A stretch of DNA of 64,000 nucleotides from Tubiluchus corallicola. Lineage: Eukaryota > Animalia > Priapulida. Under the pieces are notes generated by a model that had not been told where the DNA came from, made no database searches, and saw only the letters and a program-made list of their open reading frames with translations. Shown piece after piece: positions 12,061 to 25,112 of the stretch. The DNA is taken from positions 186,001 through 250,000 of the forward strand of contig JAQGDQ010000052.1 in the NCBI GenBank assembly GCA_030141605.1, read 5' to 3'. The position numbers and the translations under genes are program-made. Position 1 is the stretch's first letter. Each line of letters begins with the position of its first letter.

Positions 12061-13923
12061 ATTGAGATATATGGCATAGAACAGTAACTGTTCCCTGTAC
12101 TGCACACATATTAAAGTTTATAATGGGGTAGGTCCTTACTTAGTATAAAGCCTTCATTATGTTTTAAAAAACTACATTAATAGTTCTTTCTGTGTGCTCT
12201 AAACTTGTGTAGTATACGTGATCAAGCAAACAATCAATGCAAGCAAATTAGTGGTGGAGCAAGAAGAGTGAAAGCTATGCTACACTTTAGCAAGAAAGTC
12301 ATTATTGGTTATGAAACATAGTAAGCACTTGTTTAATATGGTTCAAAATTTTTTTTCTGATGATTAGTAACAGTTTAATAGGTAGTCTATCGATCATACT
12401 TCTATATCTATGGAAGTATTAACAGAGCCCCAGGCTAAACTAATGGAAAGTATTTTACTGATCATGCACATGTTAAATAATGGCTAGCACAGAAAAGTAT
12501 GTAGTACTGGCTTGCACAGTTTTAAAACAAAACCACTTATGTTCCAGAAACTGTTTACAGGGTTAAAATTATAAGAACAACTTTTCTAGGATTGTTGGGA
12601 TGAGACAGAGATTTAAAAATTGGTTTTGGTAGAAACAGTGGAGACTGATGTCTAAAGGCATGTTCAGACTAGTGAGTTTTCTGTTGTGAGTTTTTTCTCC
12701 GACAGCAGAATGGCAAGTGTGAACTTTTTGGTCAGCAAGAAATTGCATATTCTGTGATAGTACTGATTCCCGCGCATTTCTGTTTGGCAGTCCCCAGCAT
12801 TTTTTGCACCAATTTACAGCATTGTAGAATATTATATTGTAACAGCTGAAGACTCAGTCAGTTTTATAACAACGAAATACTATCTAATAAAAAGTTTGGG
12901 AAGTGGGTCAGTGCATGTCTCAGTAAAAGATTCAACTAGAAAAAACCATGTCTAACAAATAACTTTCCATAGTGATATGAACACCATGAGATATTGACGA
13001 AGAGAGACTAAGCTAGTTTTTGTAATGAACATTGAAATCTTAAAAGACCATGATAGCTAGTGAAGGTAACTTCGGAATTCGGTAAGTGGATCAGTATTCA
13101 TTGGCTGCTCCTACTCAAATTGGATGTTTGTAGTGAAATCAAAACCAGACCCATCAAGGCTGTATCTCCAAGAAGAGCCACTGAACCAGCATATGTGACT
13201 TAGCCACCTTCAGATGCCTCTGCGAGGTAAACAGCCAGAATCAGCCATAAATGGAATGATGAATCGAAGCGATTTATCCATCCATTAACTTACCAACTTT
13301 GGCACTATTCTTAACTTTGGTTGCCAACCATGATGTCATAACCACTCAGCCATTCATCTTGCACCTCTTATTGTACAAGAGTAGGAATATAAAAACCATG
13401 CTTGTAGGAAGCGCAACGAAAAACCAGAGTGAAACTCATAGCATTGATGCGGTGCTAAATTTAGATAAATTGTAAGTAAACTGATCAGTTGATAACAAAT
13501 AGGCCATATTTCATTTCTGTTACGTTGTATTTCATTTCAGTTTGTAATTGGCTGTTTAATTAACTTCATATGTTAAACTGTAATTTAGAATGCAAACATC
13601 ACTTGCAGGATTTGTCATCATGAATGTATAATTTTTGCAGAGTAACCTTGATGTGTTGCTGTAATGGGTTGAAGTGGAACTAGCTAGTAGAACATCTTAT
13701 TGCAAGTCTAAGACAGTCAAGCCTTAAGTGGATTTTCTGATTTTCCCTCATGACCATGAAATGCAAGGAGACAAGTGTGTTACAGAATAATCAATTTTGC
13801 TTGTGAACTTTTTTCTGTATCACATTGGGGTGAATTGTTGCTTGCAAATGACAGTTCTAAAATGGCTAAGAACTTCTTACATTTAACCTGAGAAATTTGT
13901 CTTCAGGACCATAATTATTAACC

Positions 13924-14307
13924 ATGTGGTCGACACTAGTGCCATCTGTGCACTTGATTTTGGCACTTCTGTGCAATAGTTTCAGTGCCGCATTGTGTGA
14001 AAATTTTACTGTAGGGTATCTAACAGGAGCTCAGCGTCGACCAGGAGATGATGTCTATAACAGACCAGGTGCTGCCATAAGTGGTGCCTTGACGTATGCT
14101 ATTGAGCAGATAAATAACAGTACTGAGATTCTGCCAGGACATTATTTGAATCTGATAGTAGCTGAAACTTATGGACAGGAGCTAGAAAGTATCAGACAGA
14201 CTGCTGTGTTGTGGACTAATAATGTCTCAGTGTTTATAGGGCCTCAGGAAACCTGTGTATACGAAGCCAGATTTGCAGCAAGTGTCAACATTCCTATGAT
14301 ATCATAT
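13924..14307 (+). CDS. Receptor guanylyl cyclase coding exon 1: signal peptide + N-terminus of ligand-binding domain
   Basis: Acceptor ...gtcttcAG at 13905-13906, then accATG. Hydrophobic MWSTLVPSVHLILALLCNSFSAALC followed by ENFTVGYLTGAQRRPGDDVYNRPGAAISGAL...GPQETCVYEARFAASVNIPMISY. Donor GTAAGT at 14308, phase 0. Confidence 0.95.
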
Positions 14308-15344
14308 GTAAGTTTAGCACTTTCAATGTAAATTTCTTTCATTATCTATAATTTCACTTTAGTTAAAATGTCTCCAAGTTTTTGCATATGTATGCAAATT
14401 ATTTCGGTGTGGGATATGATTTCGGTGCAGTGAAACGAAATCTTTGAACTGGAGGTGAAGTGAAATCTTCGAACTAAGACAAGCCCAGACTAGTTGGCCT
14501 TTGTCATCAGCCAACATTAGGAAAAATGTGATTTTTTTTGTTATGCGCACCCCTTTATTTTTAGGACTACTAACTTAGACGGTCTGTGGACCTTTCGTCA
14601 TACAGCAGCCACTGTCCATTCACAGTTTAAGCCAATTATGTATAAACCACAATGGCTGCTTTGAAGTTTTTGGTCTGTCACTTGCAGAACAAAAATGTTC
14701 TGCCCTGTATGAGGGAGGAAGGATCTAGGGTTTGAACAATTGCAAATATAATATTATAGATGTTGTCCAGGTTTTGTCCCTCAAACTGTTGAGTCTACTT
14801 GCTAGGTGACAGGCCGACAACTTTTGGGATGTCGCCTACAATGATCTATGCTTAAAGGTCACATGTTGAAGTTGCAAATCCAACTCCAAAAATATCACTA
14901 AAAATATCAGCATTTGGTGTATAAAAATACTGGGAAGTGGAAATTTTCATGAAAGAAAGTTAGACCTAAAAGTTAGGTCAAAAATGAAAATCAGCGAACC
15001 TACAGCATCAGCAATGTTCTAGTTGAAAGTATGTAAGTAGTCTTCTTGTCTCAAGTTATCTGTTGATTAATAACTGATTGGCCATATGTCCAGTGTTTCA
15101 TAATTTTTTTTAAAAGTCTGACTCTCAATGAGGGTCACTCAATGTTGGAGGCAGGATGTAGTTTTTGACAGTTTTGTATTTTGCATGGACATTTCCTATG
15201 ATTGGTGCCAGTTTCAATGACTTAGCTAATCATAATATAGTTACATGTATTACATAATGATAAAATTAAAAATGTGTGTTACGGTGTCAAGAAATGACTT
15301 GCAAAAGTCAGAGAAAAGGAATTTCATGTTAGTAAGTTTTACTA

Positions 15345-15516
15345 AATACATTTCTTTTGGGTGGGTGGGTACAGTATTTACACTTTATGCGACTGTTTTC
15401 GGGGGGCTGGAACGAATTACGCCATTTATGTGGTAAATCTTGTCTCATAATACGAAAATTCTAAGATACGAAATCCCCTCCGGAACCAGTTAATTTCGTA
15501 TCTCGAGGTATCACTG
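15345..15516 (+). mobile_element. pogo/Tigger-like transposon 3' end (same family as 7905)
   Basis: About 170 bp, near-identical reverse complement of 7905-8075, ending CTCGAGGTATCACTG|TA. Confidence 0.8.
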
Positions 15517-15838
15517 TAAGGCGTTGTTAGGCCATAATTTTACCTTCTGCTTAAATTAGCATTTTGTAACGTATAACAATTGCCATAGTGTCTCTAGTAC
15601 ATGTATGTACTGAAATAGTCGTTTACAAACTTTATCTATGAGCGCAATTTGTTCAAACTTGGGTACCACATTGACAACATTTGGAACAAAAGTGTAAAAC
15701 AGCCACAATGTTAAGCTCGCGCAATGATCAGCGCGCGCCGAGCAAGATCAAGACAATGGGTAACACCAAAATAGTTAAACGTTGACATTGTTTGAGATGG
15801 AGAGTTTTAAACAAGCCTTGTCTGATGATGCGTGGTTA

Positions 15839-17681
15839 AATGCGCAGGAAAAATGGCATGGTAAAAATGACACAAGTTGAAATGTAGGTACAGGTAAAAG
15901 TGCCACAAATGGAAAAGTAGGTAAAATGGCACAGGAAAAATGGCACAAATGAGAAAGTAGGAACAAATGCATGGTATACGATAAGTTTGGTACAGGTAAG
16001 TTTGGTACTGGTAATTTTCGTTCACAGTAATTTTGGTACAGGGAAAATTTGGTACTGAGAAAATGTGGTATTTGCGAAGTTTTGTCAAGCATTTTTTGTC
16101 CAAGTAAATGTGGTACAAGATAAAAATGGTACAGAGCAAGTTTGGTACTAGGGAAATTCGGTACAGGGAAAGTTTGATACAGCGAAAGTTTGGTACTTTG
16201 AAAATGTATTTTATATAACCTACTCGAAGTTATAGTGGCTCATATTGTTGCATTTGTTTTTATTTGTTTTTGTTCATTTCCTCTTTGTTTGTTTGTCTGT
16301 TATTTGTCATCGGATAAAATTTTAGCTGCCACACACTATTAATTACAGTATAATGTTTCATGAGCTTTTTAGTAAAGCAGACTTTCCTAGTAGCAGATTT
16401 CCTCCCTGCTGAATAAACTTCCTTATTTTTTAGTTGAAACAATTATTTTTTACTGAGATGTAGAAATATTCTCTTTTGTTTAGTCCCAAATTTTCCCGAC
16501 TTTCTTAGTACAAAATTTTCGTCATACCGTATTTTTCTAGTACCAAAACTTCCTTGTACGAATATTTCTTAGTACTAAACAATCCTGGTACTATATTTTG
16601 CTCGTACCAAGCATTCCCCATACCACATTTTCTTAGTACCAAAAATTCCTAGTACCAAATTTTCCTGGTACCAAAATTACCTGTACCAAATGTGCCCTTA
16701 CCATACTTGCTTGTACCAAACTTTCCTACATTCCCATGGTATATATGTTATTTTGGTGAAGTTGATTACTATAATAAAACTAGAATGTGCTCAGTAGGAA
16801 GCAGATCTCTACCAAGCTGAACAATCCTAAACTTATTTGTCTGATTCTTTTGATTAAAAAATGTAAAATAGAGATAAACAATCAAACACAAAATTGTACC
16901 TGTATTGGTATTATATAAACTAGCAAAAGACTTACAAATATTTTGTTCATTAAATTTAATTATAATCAATAATTCACAAATATTCCAACTAGAGTTTTCT
17001 TTTCTTTAACCATTTCTACCTTTCTTTAACCATTAAATTTGGGGATAGCAGTAGACTGACATATATACGTATTTATATACTTCCAAGTTTGCTTATAAGA
17101 CTATACACATTAATAAGCAAAGGTTATAGACAGCGTTACACAGTTTTACAAGCGAGAATTTCTCGAAATGGAACTGGAATTAACTCGTAGTACGTTGTTT
17201 GTCAAGGTGGAGGTAACAAAAAAGAAGTACTAAACATCTCTCTGAGACCTCCAGAGGGTCCTTTTTTGTACGGGGTGTTCTGTCAAGTTCTACGAAAAAA
17301 GACCCGGCGAAAAGATTCCCATTTTGGCACTCAGTGCCCGCCTTCTTCACGAAGTTTCATTAGGTAGTTGTTGCCTAATAGGTTTATTGCCATAACAGAC
17401 AAAAGACGACCAAACAAATAGACAAACAAACAAACAATCTGTGTTGAAGCATAACTTCCTTGGCGGAATTAAAATAGCTAAAATAATTATCCCCACGGTA
17501 ATCCTAACCGTAAACTCATATTTTACTTAGTGTGCCATTTTTACCTGCTTTTCCATTTGCACCATTTTTTTCCTGTGCTATTTTTTCTTGTGCCATTTTT
17601 ACCGTGCCAATTTTTTCTGTGCAATTTTTACCGTTCCACTTTTCCTGTGCCATTTTACCGCTGCCGTTTTTATCTACTTTC
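15839..17681 (+). mobile_element. Foldback MITE family A, copy 3, interrupted by a family B insertion
   Basis: Left array 15839-15965 and right array 17530-17681 with the family A core between them. Degenerate flanks CGTGGTTA / CGTAGTTG. Confidence 0.82.
15979..16734 (+). mobile_element. Foldback MITE family B nested in family A copy 3
   Basis: Inverted TTTGGTAC / GTACCAAA ~15-bp arrays; ends CCTACATTC(C). Perfect 9-bp direct repeat CATGGTATA at 15970-15978 and 16735-16743 (left end could alternatively begin at GGT 15973). Confidence 0.82.
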
Positions 17682-18574
17682 GTAGTTGCCGCCACCGATA
17701 CATGCGGTTTTGATTTTGCACTTACTGTATTCAATTATGCTAAGTTTACGTTTGACCATCAGTTTTTAAAAATAACTAGCTAGTCGATACAGACTTAATA
17801 TTAATGCATAGCTTTTTACGTTTATGAAAAACTAAAATATTTGGAACATTTGACAGCATTTCATTATTTCACTTCGTGCGTGCATACCAACGCACTAGTG
17901 TTTTCACAATGCTGTTATTGTACAACTTGAATTGAATTCCGTAAGGTGTAACTGAAGGCTTTCAGCCTGCGAACTTTTTTTTGGAAAATATTAAAATACC
18001 AGCAAAGAAGAAATACGCGCCTGTTTTAGATTGTATCTGTTTATATTCGGAAAGCACGAGCCTACTCGTTATAGATTCAAAATCTACTATCACGAAATAA
18101 TTTTTCAGATTAAAAGTCTGTACGCTCTTCCTTGGTTTGACTTTTGATTGCCATTTATTACTGTACTTGATTGAAAATGCATCAGCGTGCTCTAAAATCC
18201 GACATGTGTGCATTAATATTTATTTCCCCACGCTAATTTCATAACTGTAATTTAATCAAATTCCCTCTTTTTGCCGGCGCTGAACATGCATTAGCTCATG
18301 TCAAATGACGTCAATGATGTAAGCTTTAAATAAACAAAAAAAACAGCTGCTGAGTAAGAGTTAAGAATTCGTCATCAGAACAGCATGTTAAGATCATCAT
18401 GGAGCACGTCTTCCTCTTAATCGCGTTTTTTTCCGTCTCTTCTTTTTTATGTCGATGTGCTATGACGCATTATCTGACAGACTAATGCAGTATTGTTCGT
18501 GGTCTGTGGATAGCTCTTGTCACGGTCTCGTTTGCTCTAACTATTGAACTAGGTCAGACTCATTCTGTTCCAAC

Positions 18575-18815
18575 TATTGATCTCTCTGCAGTTCAGTCTG
18601 GTCTTTGGCCGGATTGTCAGGGGTCTAATCTTCAGAGGTCTGGTCTGTGGCTGATGTGTCTGGGAGTCTGAAGTATCTGAGATCTGATCTGTCAGTGATC
18701 TGGTCCATGGCATGTCTGTCTGGTGGCTGACCTGCCTGGGGTGTGATCTGTCTTGAGGTTTGATCCGTGGCTGGCCTTTCTGGAATCTGGTCTTGAGAAG
18801 TCTGGTCTATTTAGA
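18575..18815 (+). repeat. Degenerate ~15-bp tandem array (GGTCTGATCTGTCTG-like)
   Basis: Recurring GTCTGGTCT / GATCTGTCT motifs at roughly 15-bp spacing. Confidence 0.5.
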
Positions 18816-20487
18816 GTCTTGTAGAAACGCTCATGATGAATATCATTTTTAATGCTAGATCAGATTTTGAGCCCAAACGTACGTCTTTTGGTAACTGTGA
18901 CAAAATTGCACTTTCTTCTCCAAGTTTTTGTTTCTCCCCTTTTAATCATTTCGTCCATTCTCTGACGGTCGGGTCCGGATTAGTTTCCAATGATGTGATT
19001 TCACTGGTAACCGTCAATATTACTCAATGTATTTAGTTTTTTGTTTAGTTCACCTCTCGGCTTTATGTTTAATTAAGTAATTTGCGGCGTCGTATTGGCA
19101 GTTAGAACAAAATAGGCTGGCGGCTTTTTCATTAAGCACTGTGGCGCTGTACAGTGCGGTTTGACTTGTACGTAATGAGCCTGCTAGACTCGCTGATTTA
19201 CTACGCATATTATATTACACCTGTAGATTTGCTGCTTTGCTTCACACGACAGCTTCCATTTTCATTGTCGACAACGCTGCGTCCATAGTTACTAATAATT
19301 TATTTACTTGTCAGCGGATGTAATTTTGATACATTTCGTGATTAATTCTACTGCAGATTTAAATAACGCTTTTTCTAGCCCTTGTGAAGTGTCTTGTACT
19401 TGGTTGGTTTCAACTTTGATGTACTAATGAGTTACGGACAAGGTGACTTATATAGTTAATTTATAAACTGGCACTCAAACCTAAAAGTCTAATACTCTGT
19501 GCAGATTTACTTTACAAAGTGTACGCGATAATGATCGTGACATCCTATAGTATGTACTACATGCGTCAAATTAATTAAAACATTCCAAAATCTGGCACGC
19601 TAACAGTATAGTAGAATTTTATAACATACTTTAACAAAACCACACCATGACTTCAAAACAAAACTTCTATGCTGATATAAGTCTTGTAATTAGAGCTAAC
19701 AAAAGTTTAAATCTGGTGAAAGTTGTTTGCTGTGTAGCATGACACGTGGTATTTATAGTGCTGTACGTGATAATGATAATTAGTTGAACTGTCGCTATAG
19801 TCTTTCTCCCAGGCACACAGGTTATTAATTAACTCTCTATGATCGCCAGAGGGAGCTATTGTCAAGTTTGCCACAAACAGAAACAGATGTTAAATAAAAT
19901 GTTGTTGAATTCTAAAACATGTAAAGATCACACTAAACTGAGTCTAGTATGGTGAATAAACTGTAACCCAACTTGCTTGCTTGGTGAAACTATGAAATTT
20001 TGCTAGGAAAGCCATGGAAACCACATGAAAACATTCTCTCCGCTTTTCATTTTCTTTCTCTTTTTTCTCCCGTTTCTGTCTGTTTCTGTCTTAACAATAA
20101 CAGTTAATAGAAATAATTATGTTAACAGTTTGTCAGGTAATCGATACTTTGATAGCTTATCTCATCATTAATGAGTACACTATTTCATTTTAATTCTCGA
20201 GTTAGTACCGTTACTCAATTCTTGCAAAGCATAAAACTAAAGCAGTGTTTTTCAAATTATACCGTAGATTTGACTTTTGAGAAACTTCTGGTGTAAAGTA
20301 CACATGTTTGCATTCACTTTCATCATTCTGATTGTGGAGCTCTCCATGGGTTAGTTAGAACTCAAACGTGTGTGTCTGTGTGCGCGTGCGTGCGTGCGTG
20401 CGTGTGTGTGTGTGCTATTTGTGGGTTTTAAGCTTTTAATGGAACTTCAAAAAGTATTGCATTTTTGTATGTAGCAATGTTTCAAAG

Positions 20488-21617
20488 GAATGTAGGAAGG
20501 TTTGGTACAACTAAGTTTGGTACAGGCAAGTTTGGACTTGCAAATTTAGTACGAAGAAAGTTTGGTACTGGCAAAATTTGATACAAGGAATTTTTAATAC
20601 ATGGAAATTTTGTCAAGTCGGTAACCTTGGTACTATGATCTTTAGGCAAAAGAAATTCTTAGCACTAGGAAAATCTAGTTAATAGGGAATATTTGGAAGA
20701 ATGAAAATATGGTAGCAGGAATGTTTAGTACTAAGAAACTGTGGTACAAAAAGAAGTTTTATACTACAAAAACAGGAGGCTGGGAAAATTTTGTACTAGA
20801 AAAGCTTAGTACGGCAAAGTGTACTACTAAACAGAAAAAAGACCATATCTAGACTGTAATTCACTACAAAATAATTGCAACAACAAAAAAAAAACAGCAG
20901 TGAAAGAGGAAATGTAACAATGACGCCAACGATGACGATGACGATAATGATGATGATGATAACAAAAACAGCATGCAAGAAGAAAACATGTAAACAACAG
21001 CAACATTAGCTATAACAATAACAGCATCAGCAACAATGATGACAACAACAATAACAATGACAGCAATGGCAGCAGTGTAACAAATGTAACAAAGACATCA
21101 ACAATGAAGATGACGATGATGATGATGATGACGATGATAATGAGTGCAACAAAAGAGCGAGCAAGAAACTGACAAACAATAAGAACAACAATGACAAATG
21201 ACAAACAACAGACAAACAGACAAGCGATCAAAAAATACATAAATACAAATAAACCAATATGAACCTCTGTAATTTTTGGAGTAGATTATATAAAACATAT
21301 TTTCATAGTATCAAACTTTCTGTGTACCAAACTTTCTCTGAATCAAATTTTCCTAGTATCAATACTAAACCTTCTTAGCACCAAACCTGTTCCGTACCTT
21401 TTTACCTTGTACCAAATTTATTTGTACCAAAAATGTTTGACAAAATTTCGCTAGTACCATATTTTTCTTGTATCCAATTTTCCCAGTGCCAAAATTTCGC
21501 TGTACCAAAAATTCCTAGTACCAAATTTTCTCGGTGCCAAATTTTCCTTCTACCAAAATTATTAGGATCAAATTTACCTGTACTAAACTTTCTAGTACCA
21601 AACTTACTCTGCGGACC
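20488..21617 (-). mobile_element. Foldback MITE family B, full copy with internal (GAT)/(AAC) microsatellite
   Basis: GAATGTAGG...TGCGGACC termini; TSD GTTTCAAAG / CATTCAAAG (7/9). Core 21200-21310 is the reverse complement of 16195-16310. Confidence 0.82.
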
Positions 21618-21839
21618 CATTCAAAGTTGCATAATGTACAGTAGATTGCAGTACATAATAGAACAGAGCAATGGTTTTTGCTCTTTGCTAAATTCTAACA
21701 ATTTTAGCAGCTACGTTATCAGAAAAACTGCATTGTAACATAGTACTACTTTAAATAATGCAGGTTTTGCTCCCCGTTGTTACTTTTGAGCAAATTCCGA
21801 TCTGTAAAAAGTGCACTGCCTTTTCACAAATCTCATGGC

Positions 21840-22525
21840 GGTTACAGGGGCTTTGGACGCAGAGGTTTCAGACACAGGTCGCTAGGTATTTTGGACACAT
21901 CTATATGTTATTTGGACACATAGACTACTTAGATACTAAGTTGTTTTGAACACATATTTGAACACAACCTGTTTGGAGATTAAGTCGAACCTTACGTAAT
22001 ACTAGGCAAGCATTTTTTACATACAGGTTATTGTGATACGTAGGTAATTCGAACATACATAGCTCATCTTGAAATGTATGTCGAAGCTTACACATTGTTA
22101 ATTTGACATATTGGTTACCCATGAGCCAGGGATCCTAGTTCAAATTCAAGTTCAATCAGCGCTTTTTCATATGTCCTTTGTTTCAGCTACGTTTGATTAT
22201 AAAATTTAGTTACGTTATTAATAAATATATAGAAATTAGTATTATAAATAAATTAAACCAGTTGTAGGGTAATTTTAAAGCAGATGGTATGTACACATAT
22301 GTTATTTAGATTTGTACATTATTTGTATGCATAAACTGTTTAGATAAGGTACTATTTGGATTTCAATATCATTTACCAACATGCTAGCAATTATTTAGCT
22401 ATACCCTGTTCTTGGGGACAGGTGAATCTGAAAACCGCTTTTTTCCAAATTCAAGGGATTTCTGATGTCTAAAAAACGTGGATCAAACGAATCATGTATT
22501 ATCTGATTTGAATAAGATTCTTTTA
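21840..22525 (+). mobile_element. Foldback MITE family C, truncated copy
   Basis: GGTTACA start and TTTGGACACA array; 22350-22525 aligns by eye with 35045-35225. Confidence 0.7.
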
Positions 22526-23184
22526 TTATTCGTTGCGTTGTAAGCGTATTAGGGCGTTTTCATAGAGTGCGAATATCTGAGTGCAGTGACTATAGCTAAG
22601 GCAACTGCGGAAACTGTGACAAATGCAATTGGCGCGGTATGGCGATTGCCGCAGGTACGGATCGACTTCCTGTTAATCAAACTGAGAAACCGCACTCTAA
22701 AGCCCGGTTAAAACGATCCGATTTTCATCCGATGTTCGACAAATTCCTTTTGTTTAAACTCTCTATTTGTTCCATTTGTTTTGTGAAGACATCCAACAAC
22801 CATCCTTCAGCTAGGGCATTTTTATTCACAGAACGCAAATTTGTTGTGGTCGCATGCTGTTATTGAATGTAGAAGTGTGGTTTTAATTATTTACAAAATA
22901 AACAACATGAATAAATAAAGTGTATTTGTTGTGTTATTTATTCCATTCCTCTTCCTCTTTCTGTAACCCCTTTCCTCTTCTTGTAGATGTTTGGATTCTG
23001 ATGTGCAGAAAAAAATAGTTTTTAAACGTACTAATTTGCAACCTAATTTTTTTTAAATTGAGTAAAGAAAGAGGTCGTACCGTACATCTGAATCTCTCCA
23101 CGAATTGACCTGTTATATCGACTTGTTATATCGCATTGAAGCCAGTAAAAGAGCAATTTTAATTTCTTGACACCTCTCTGATAT

Positions 23185-23352
<168 letters not shown>

Positions 23353-23464
23353 ATTAACGGGAGAGACCACCTCATATGCTACGCTAAACATGAATAGTTT
23401 GCAGCTTATTTAAATGATTGCATAATAATGAATAGCTGTAATTTGTCGTACATTATTTAATATG

Positions 23465-24531
23465 CTTTTTCGCATTCATTTCGCCAGTAAACTTTGTCTG
23501 CTATGTTATTACTTTTACAAAATGTTTCAGTTTGCCAGTGGCACTTTTCGCCAGTGCACACCTTACCAGTAGTATTTTCCGCCAGTAAAATTTCTGCTAT
23601 GTGTTATTGTATACTGTTATTGTTATTGTATATTATTACTGTAGGCTATACGGAGTGCAATTTTCAATTGTATAATTTTAGGAACAAGTCATTAAGTTGA
23701 GAATACACACATCGTCTAAAAACTCGATGCGTTCTTAATGAAGTGTCACAGAAGTATTAAACTGATCGTTAAAAGAATCATTATGAAACATGTTAAATCT
23801 GAGTAGTTAAGGTTAGACAAAAGACTAAACATTAATTTTTATGTCCGAATTAGTTGTTCCAGTGCACAGTTGAATTGTTTTGGTGATACAGATATAAATA
23901 AATAAATAAATATATATATATATAACTCACCTAACTTGCTTGCTGCTCATTAAGTCACTCTACGTGTACGTTGGATTAGATTACTAATCTGATTGCTGTT
24001 ACCTTTTCGCCGTCGCCAAGAAGTTTTATTAATGACGATTTGTTTGTTCACGACCATGAGTTATTTTGGATTTGCGGTTGTCTTTCAGAATTTGTTCTTA
24101 TAGGTAACTGTATTATAGGTGACCGAAAATAATAAACATAAATTTCATTCCAACATCACGAATATCATATTCGTTCTTAACCCATCTCTTTCAATAGCTT
24201 CATTTCAGGTACCAAAATTACATTTAAATTGATCGTTCGTTGACAAAATGTGAAAATGTGACATGTGTTAAAATAATGATAAAGTATAGAAGCAACAAGT
24301 CCACTCGTGAACTGAAACATTTTTGTAAATAGAAGGGTAAATGATATCGATTACAGTAGAAAATTTTACTTGGCAAAAGGTACTACTGGAGAAACTGAGA
24401 CAGTTTGTTAAAGGATAAGGTAATAACATAATGGAGGAATTTTCCTGGCGAAAAGAACGATGGTGAACTGTACTCCTGACAGGCCACCTGTACCACTGCC
24501 TAACTATCACTCGCGAAATGGGTGGATAACC
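23465..24531 (-). mobile_element. Putative foldback MITE family E (TTTCGCCAGT arrays)
   Basis: TTTCGCCAGT repeats at 23478-23590 and inverted CTGGCGAAA-like repeats at 24365-24520; right end reads GGTTATCC on the - strand. No TSD found. Confidence 0.45.
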
Positions 24532-24699
24532 AGACAACTTACTTTGTAAATGTATTTTTAATAAATAATGTATAAATAATGATCCTACATAGTGATCATT
24601 AATTTATTATCTTAAAATTTTTTACCTTCAAAAACTTAAATAAATTATTTGAAATACTTAATTTATTTAAATAATTATTTAAAATATTTATTTTATTAA

Positions 24700-25112
24700 A
24701 TATGCCGTTAGAATGTTTTTTTCTACGCGGTGTTCGGTTAGAATTTCGAAAGAATTGGGTAGTTGGATCGGGGAAAACGTCCGTTGCCGAGAGACGTTGA
24801 CCTGCTTAAATACGCGTGTAACGCACACCGTTTAGCGGACTATCCAACCATGTTAGGTACGTTGTCATTTTCTAGAAATAAGTGGTATAAGTTTTGCAAA
24901 AAATGTTCAAAAATGGCCATTTCGGAGATTTTTCGCTCCCTTCCCCGTTTCTCTTGATGGCCCCTATTCGAAAAATAAACCATCAATGAGACGACGCTAG
25001 ATCAAGACTTTTCGTTTGATATATAGATCGCCGAGAACGATACTGTCCTCGGAGCTGTAACCTCGAATCTTATATATAAATATGTAAATCCAGGTACCAC
25101 CGAAATTAATCC
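24700..25112 (+). mobile_element. Possible Helentron/DINE-1-like non-autonomous fragment
   Basis: CpG-rich block with CTTTTCGTTTGATATATAGATCGCCG and a terminal stem-loop ACTTTA-TATACG-TAAAGT just downstream (~25113-25130); single copy in window. Confidence 0.35.

Noticed and set aside
12655-13460. Possible Harbinger-like element upstream of exon 1; similar MITE-like ends at 5100-5275 and 22550-22710
   Set aside because: TIR pairs and TSDs could not be resolved convincingly by eye.
15775-17783. ORFs with CAIF/AQEK/VPNF-type repeats (also at 5939, 6167, 8912, 21402, 28042, 33072, 34705, 35894)
   Set aside because: They are translations of the 15-bp MITE arrays (5-codon period), not genes.
20488-21617. 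Regular short repeats as a CRISPR array
   Set aside because: The units are contiguous ~15-bp tandem repeats with no unique spacers, there are no cas genes, and the context is a eukaryotic intron with TSDs.
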